Below, piece by piece: positions 62,547 to 64,000 of a stretch of DNA of 64,000 bases. This stretch comes from Octopus vulgaris (Eukaryota). The translations under genes and the position numbers were made by a program. The stretch is from assembly GCA_951406725.2 (NCBI GenBank), contig OX597814.1, positions 133,796,001-133,860,000 of the forward strand, in the 5' to 3' direction. The notes under the pieces are model-generated. The model saw only the letters and a list, made by a program, of their open reading frames with translations. It was not told where the DNA came from and searched no databases. Every line of letters begins with the position of its first letter. The stretch's first letter is position 1.

Positions 62547-64000
62547 GTATGTATTTTATATATAATGCACATATAAACATACATGCGCACCTTCAATTTT
62601 ATATATTGTACAAGCTTTTAGATATGCATTAGTGTATGTGTGTGGTAATAATGGTAGCACATCTTTATATCATTAAGTGATCAGGAAAAGGTTTGATCGT
62701 AAAGCATTCACTTTCCTTTCTCTAAACATTGTTTTCATTTCTAATCTTTATTTTCGTTTATACTCCATCTCTCTTTCTCTCTTGCTCTCTTTCTATATTG
62801 CTCTCTTTCTCTCTTTCTTTCTCTCTCTGTCTCTCTGTCTCTCTTGCTCTCTTTCTCTCTTTCTTTCACTCTCTCTCTCTCTTTTTCTCTTATACACATC
62901 GCTCACACATAAGCACACGCATAAACAAATACACACACAAACACATACACACAAACTCGTGTGCACACACTCATATATTCATACACACATGCATATATAT
63001 GTGTGTGTGTGTATGTGTGTGTGTGTGTGTGTCTGGTGTGTGGTTCGTGTGTGCTTGTGTGTGTTTATGAGTGTGGTAGCTATAATCCCCACACTTATTT
63101 ATTTCTTGTTAACATCCTTTTGATATTAGAATTATGTTACCAACTGGAGCAGTATGATTTTAGGTTGTTTATTTAAGTTGCAAAAAATAACAGAACCCGT
63201 TAAGCTACACACACTACTCGAATACTTTGTTAGCTTAGAGGAAGCCGTTTTGAGTGTATGATGCTTATGTTGGAATTTTACATAGTTGTTCTAACAGGCC
63301 AAGATTACAGGAAAGATAAACACCAATAAGAGATTTGCTTATACCAAGTCCCTAATTTTCTTCACAAGCTTTAAACTTTTTTGTTATTTCTATTTCTACT
63401 TAACTTTCTATTTGCTTATACTTCTCATTAAACGTTTTCCTCCATTGCTCCTCTTACACATACTTTCTCTCATTCTCTTTCTCTTTCTCTCTTTCTTTCT
63501 CCCTCTCTCTCTCTCTCTTCTTCTTCTTCTTCCTTCTTCCTTTTTATGACTCTTATTTAACCTTCCTCACCTGTTCTCCATGCTTTCAGATTCGGTCCCC
63601 ACTTTTATATCTCTCATCTACCACCACCACCACCTCACAATGTTACGACGAAGCATCCAAGTAGTAACTCGAGCTACTAGAATTAACCATCATATGTCCC
63701 ACAAACATACCACAAATCACATACAAGCGTTTCAAATAAAAAACAGAGGTGGTGATCACTGCTTGAATGCCTTTGGTAAGAAATCAAGGCCGACTAGGGC
63801 TTGAACAACTAACTCCTCTACTTCTCAAGGGCATCTCACCTTAATTCTAGTACTATCTTTATTTTCTTTAGTATGTCATCGCTCTTTCTTTCTCTCCCTT
63901 GCTCTCTCTCTTTCTTTTTCTCTCCCTCCCTCCCTCTTTCTCTTTCTCTTCACTCTTTCATTTCTTCTTTTTCGTCTCTCTCTCTTTCTCTCTCCCTCTC

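Overview
This is AT-rich, microsatellite-saturated eukaryotic DNA with no intact host protein-coding gene. The repeat families resemble those of an octopus (cephalopod) genome, which is an inference from recalled tRNA-SINE families and (TA)n/(TG)n density. Almost all ORFs in the track are microsatellite artefacts. The real content is mobile DNA. (1) A head-to-tail stack of three related Tx1/L1-like non-LTR elements lies on the minus strand at 4.8-11.9 kb: an ORF1 remnant, a near full-length ORF1+ORF2 element and an ORF1-only element. The latter two share a ~50-nt 3' tail and abut the same 12-mer, and the same tail ends a tRNA-SINE at 58.4 kb. (2) There are at least four Penelope-like GIY-YIG remnants, an RT fragment, about ten minimal type I hammerhead ribozyme (HHR) motifs (one with a compensatory U3-A8 core at the tip of a long rod inside a 363-bp repeat unit), and many fold-back palindromes. 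(3) There is an R4/Dong fragment in (TAA)n, mariner remnants and a MITE, non-autonomous Helitrons, three tRNA-SINE families and a 107-bp minisatellite. A possible small spliced minus-strand transcript lies near 62.3-62.5 kb. All alignments and folds were done by eye.
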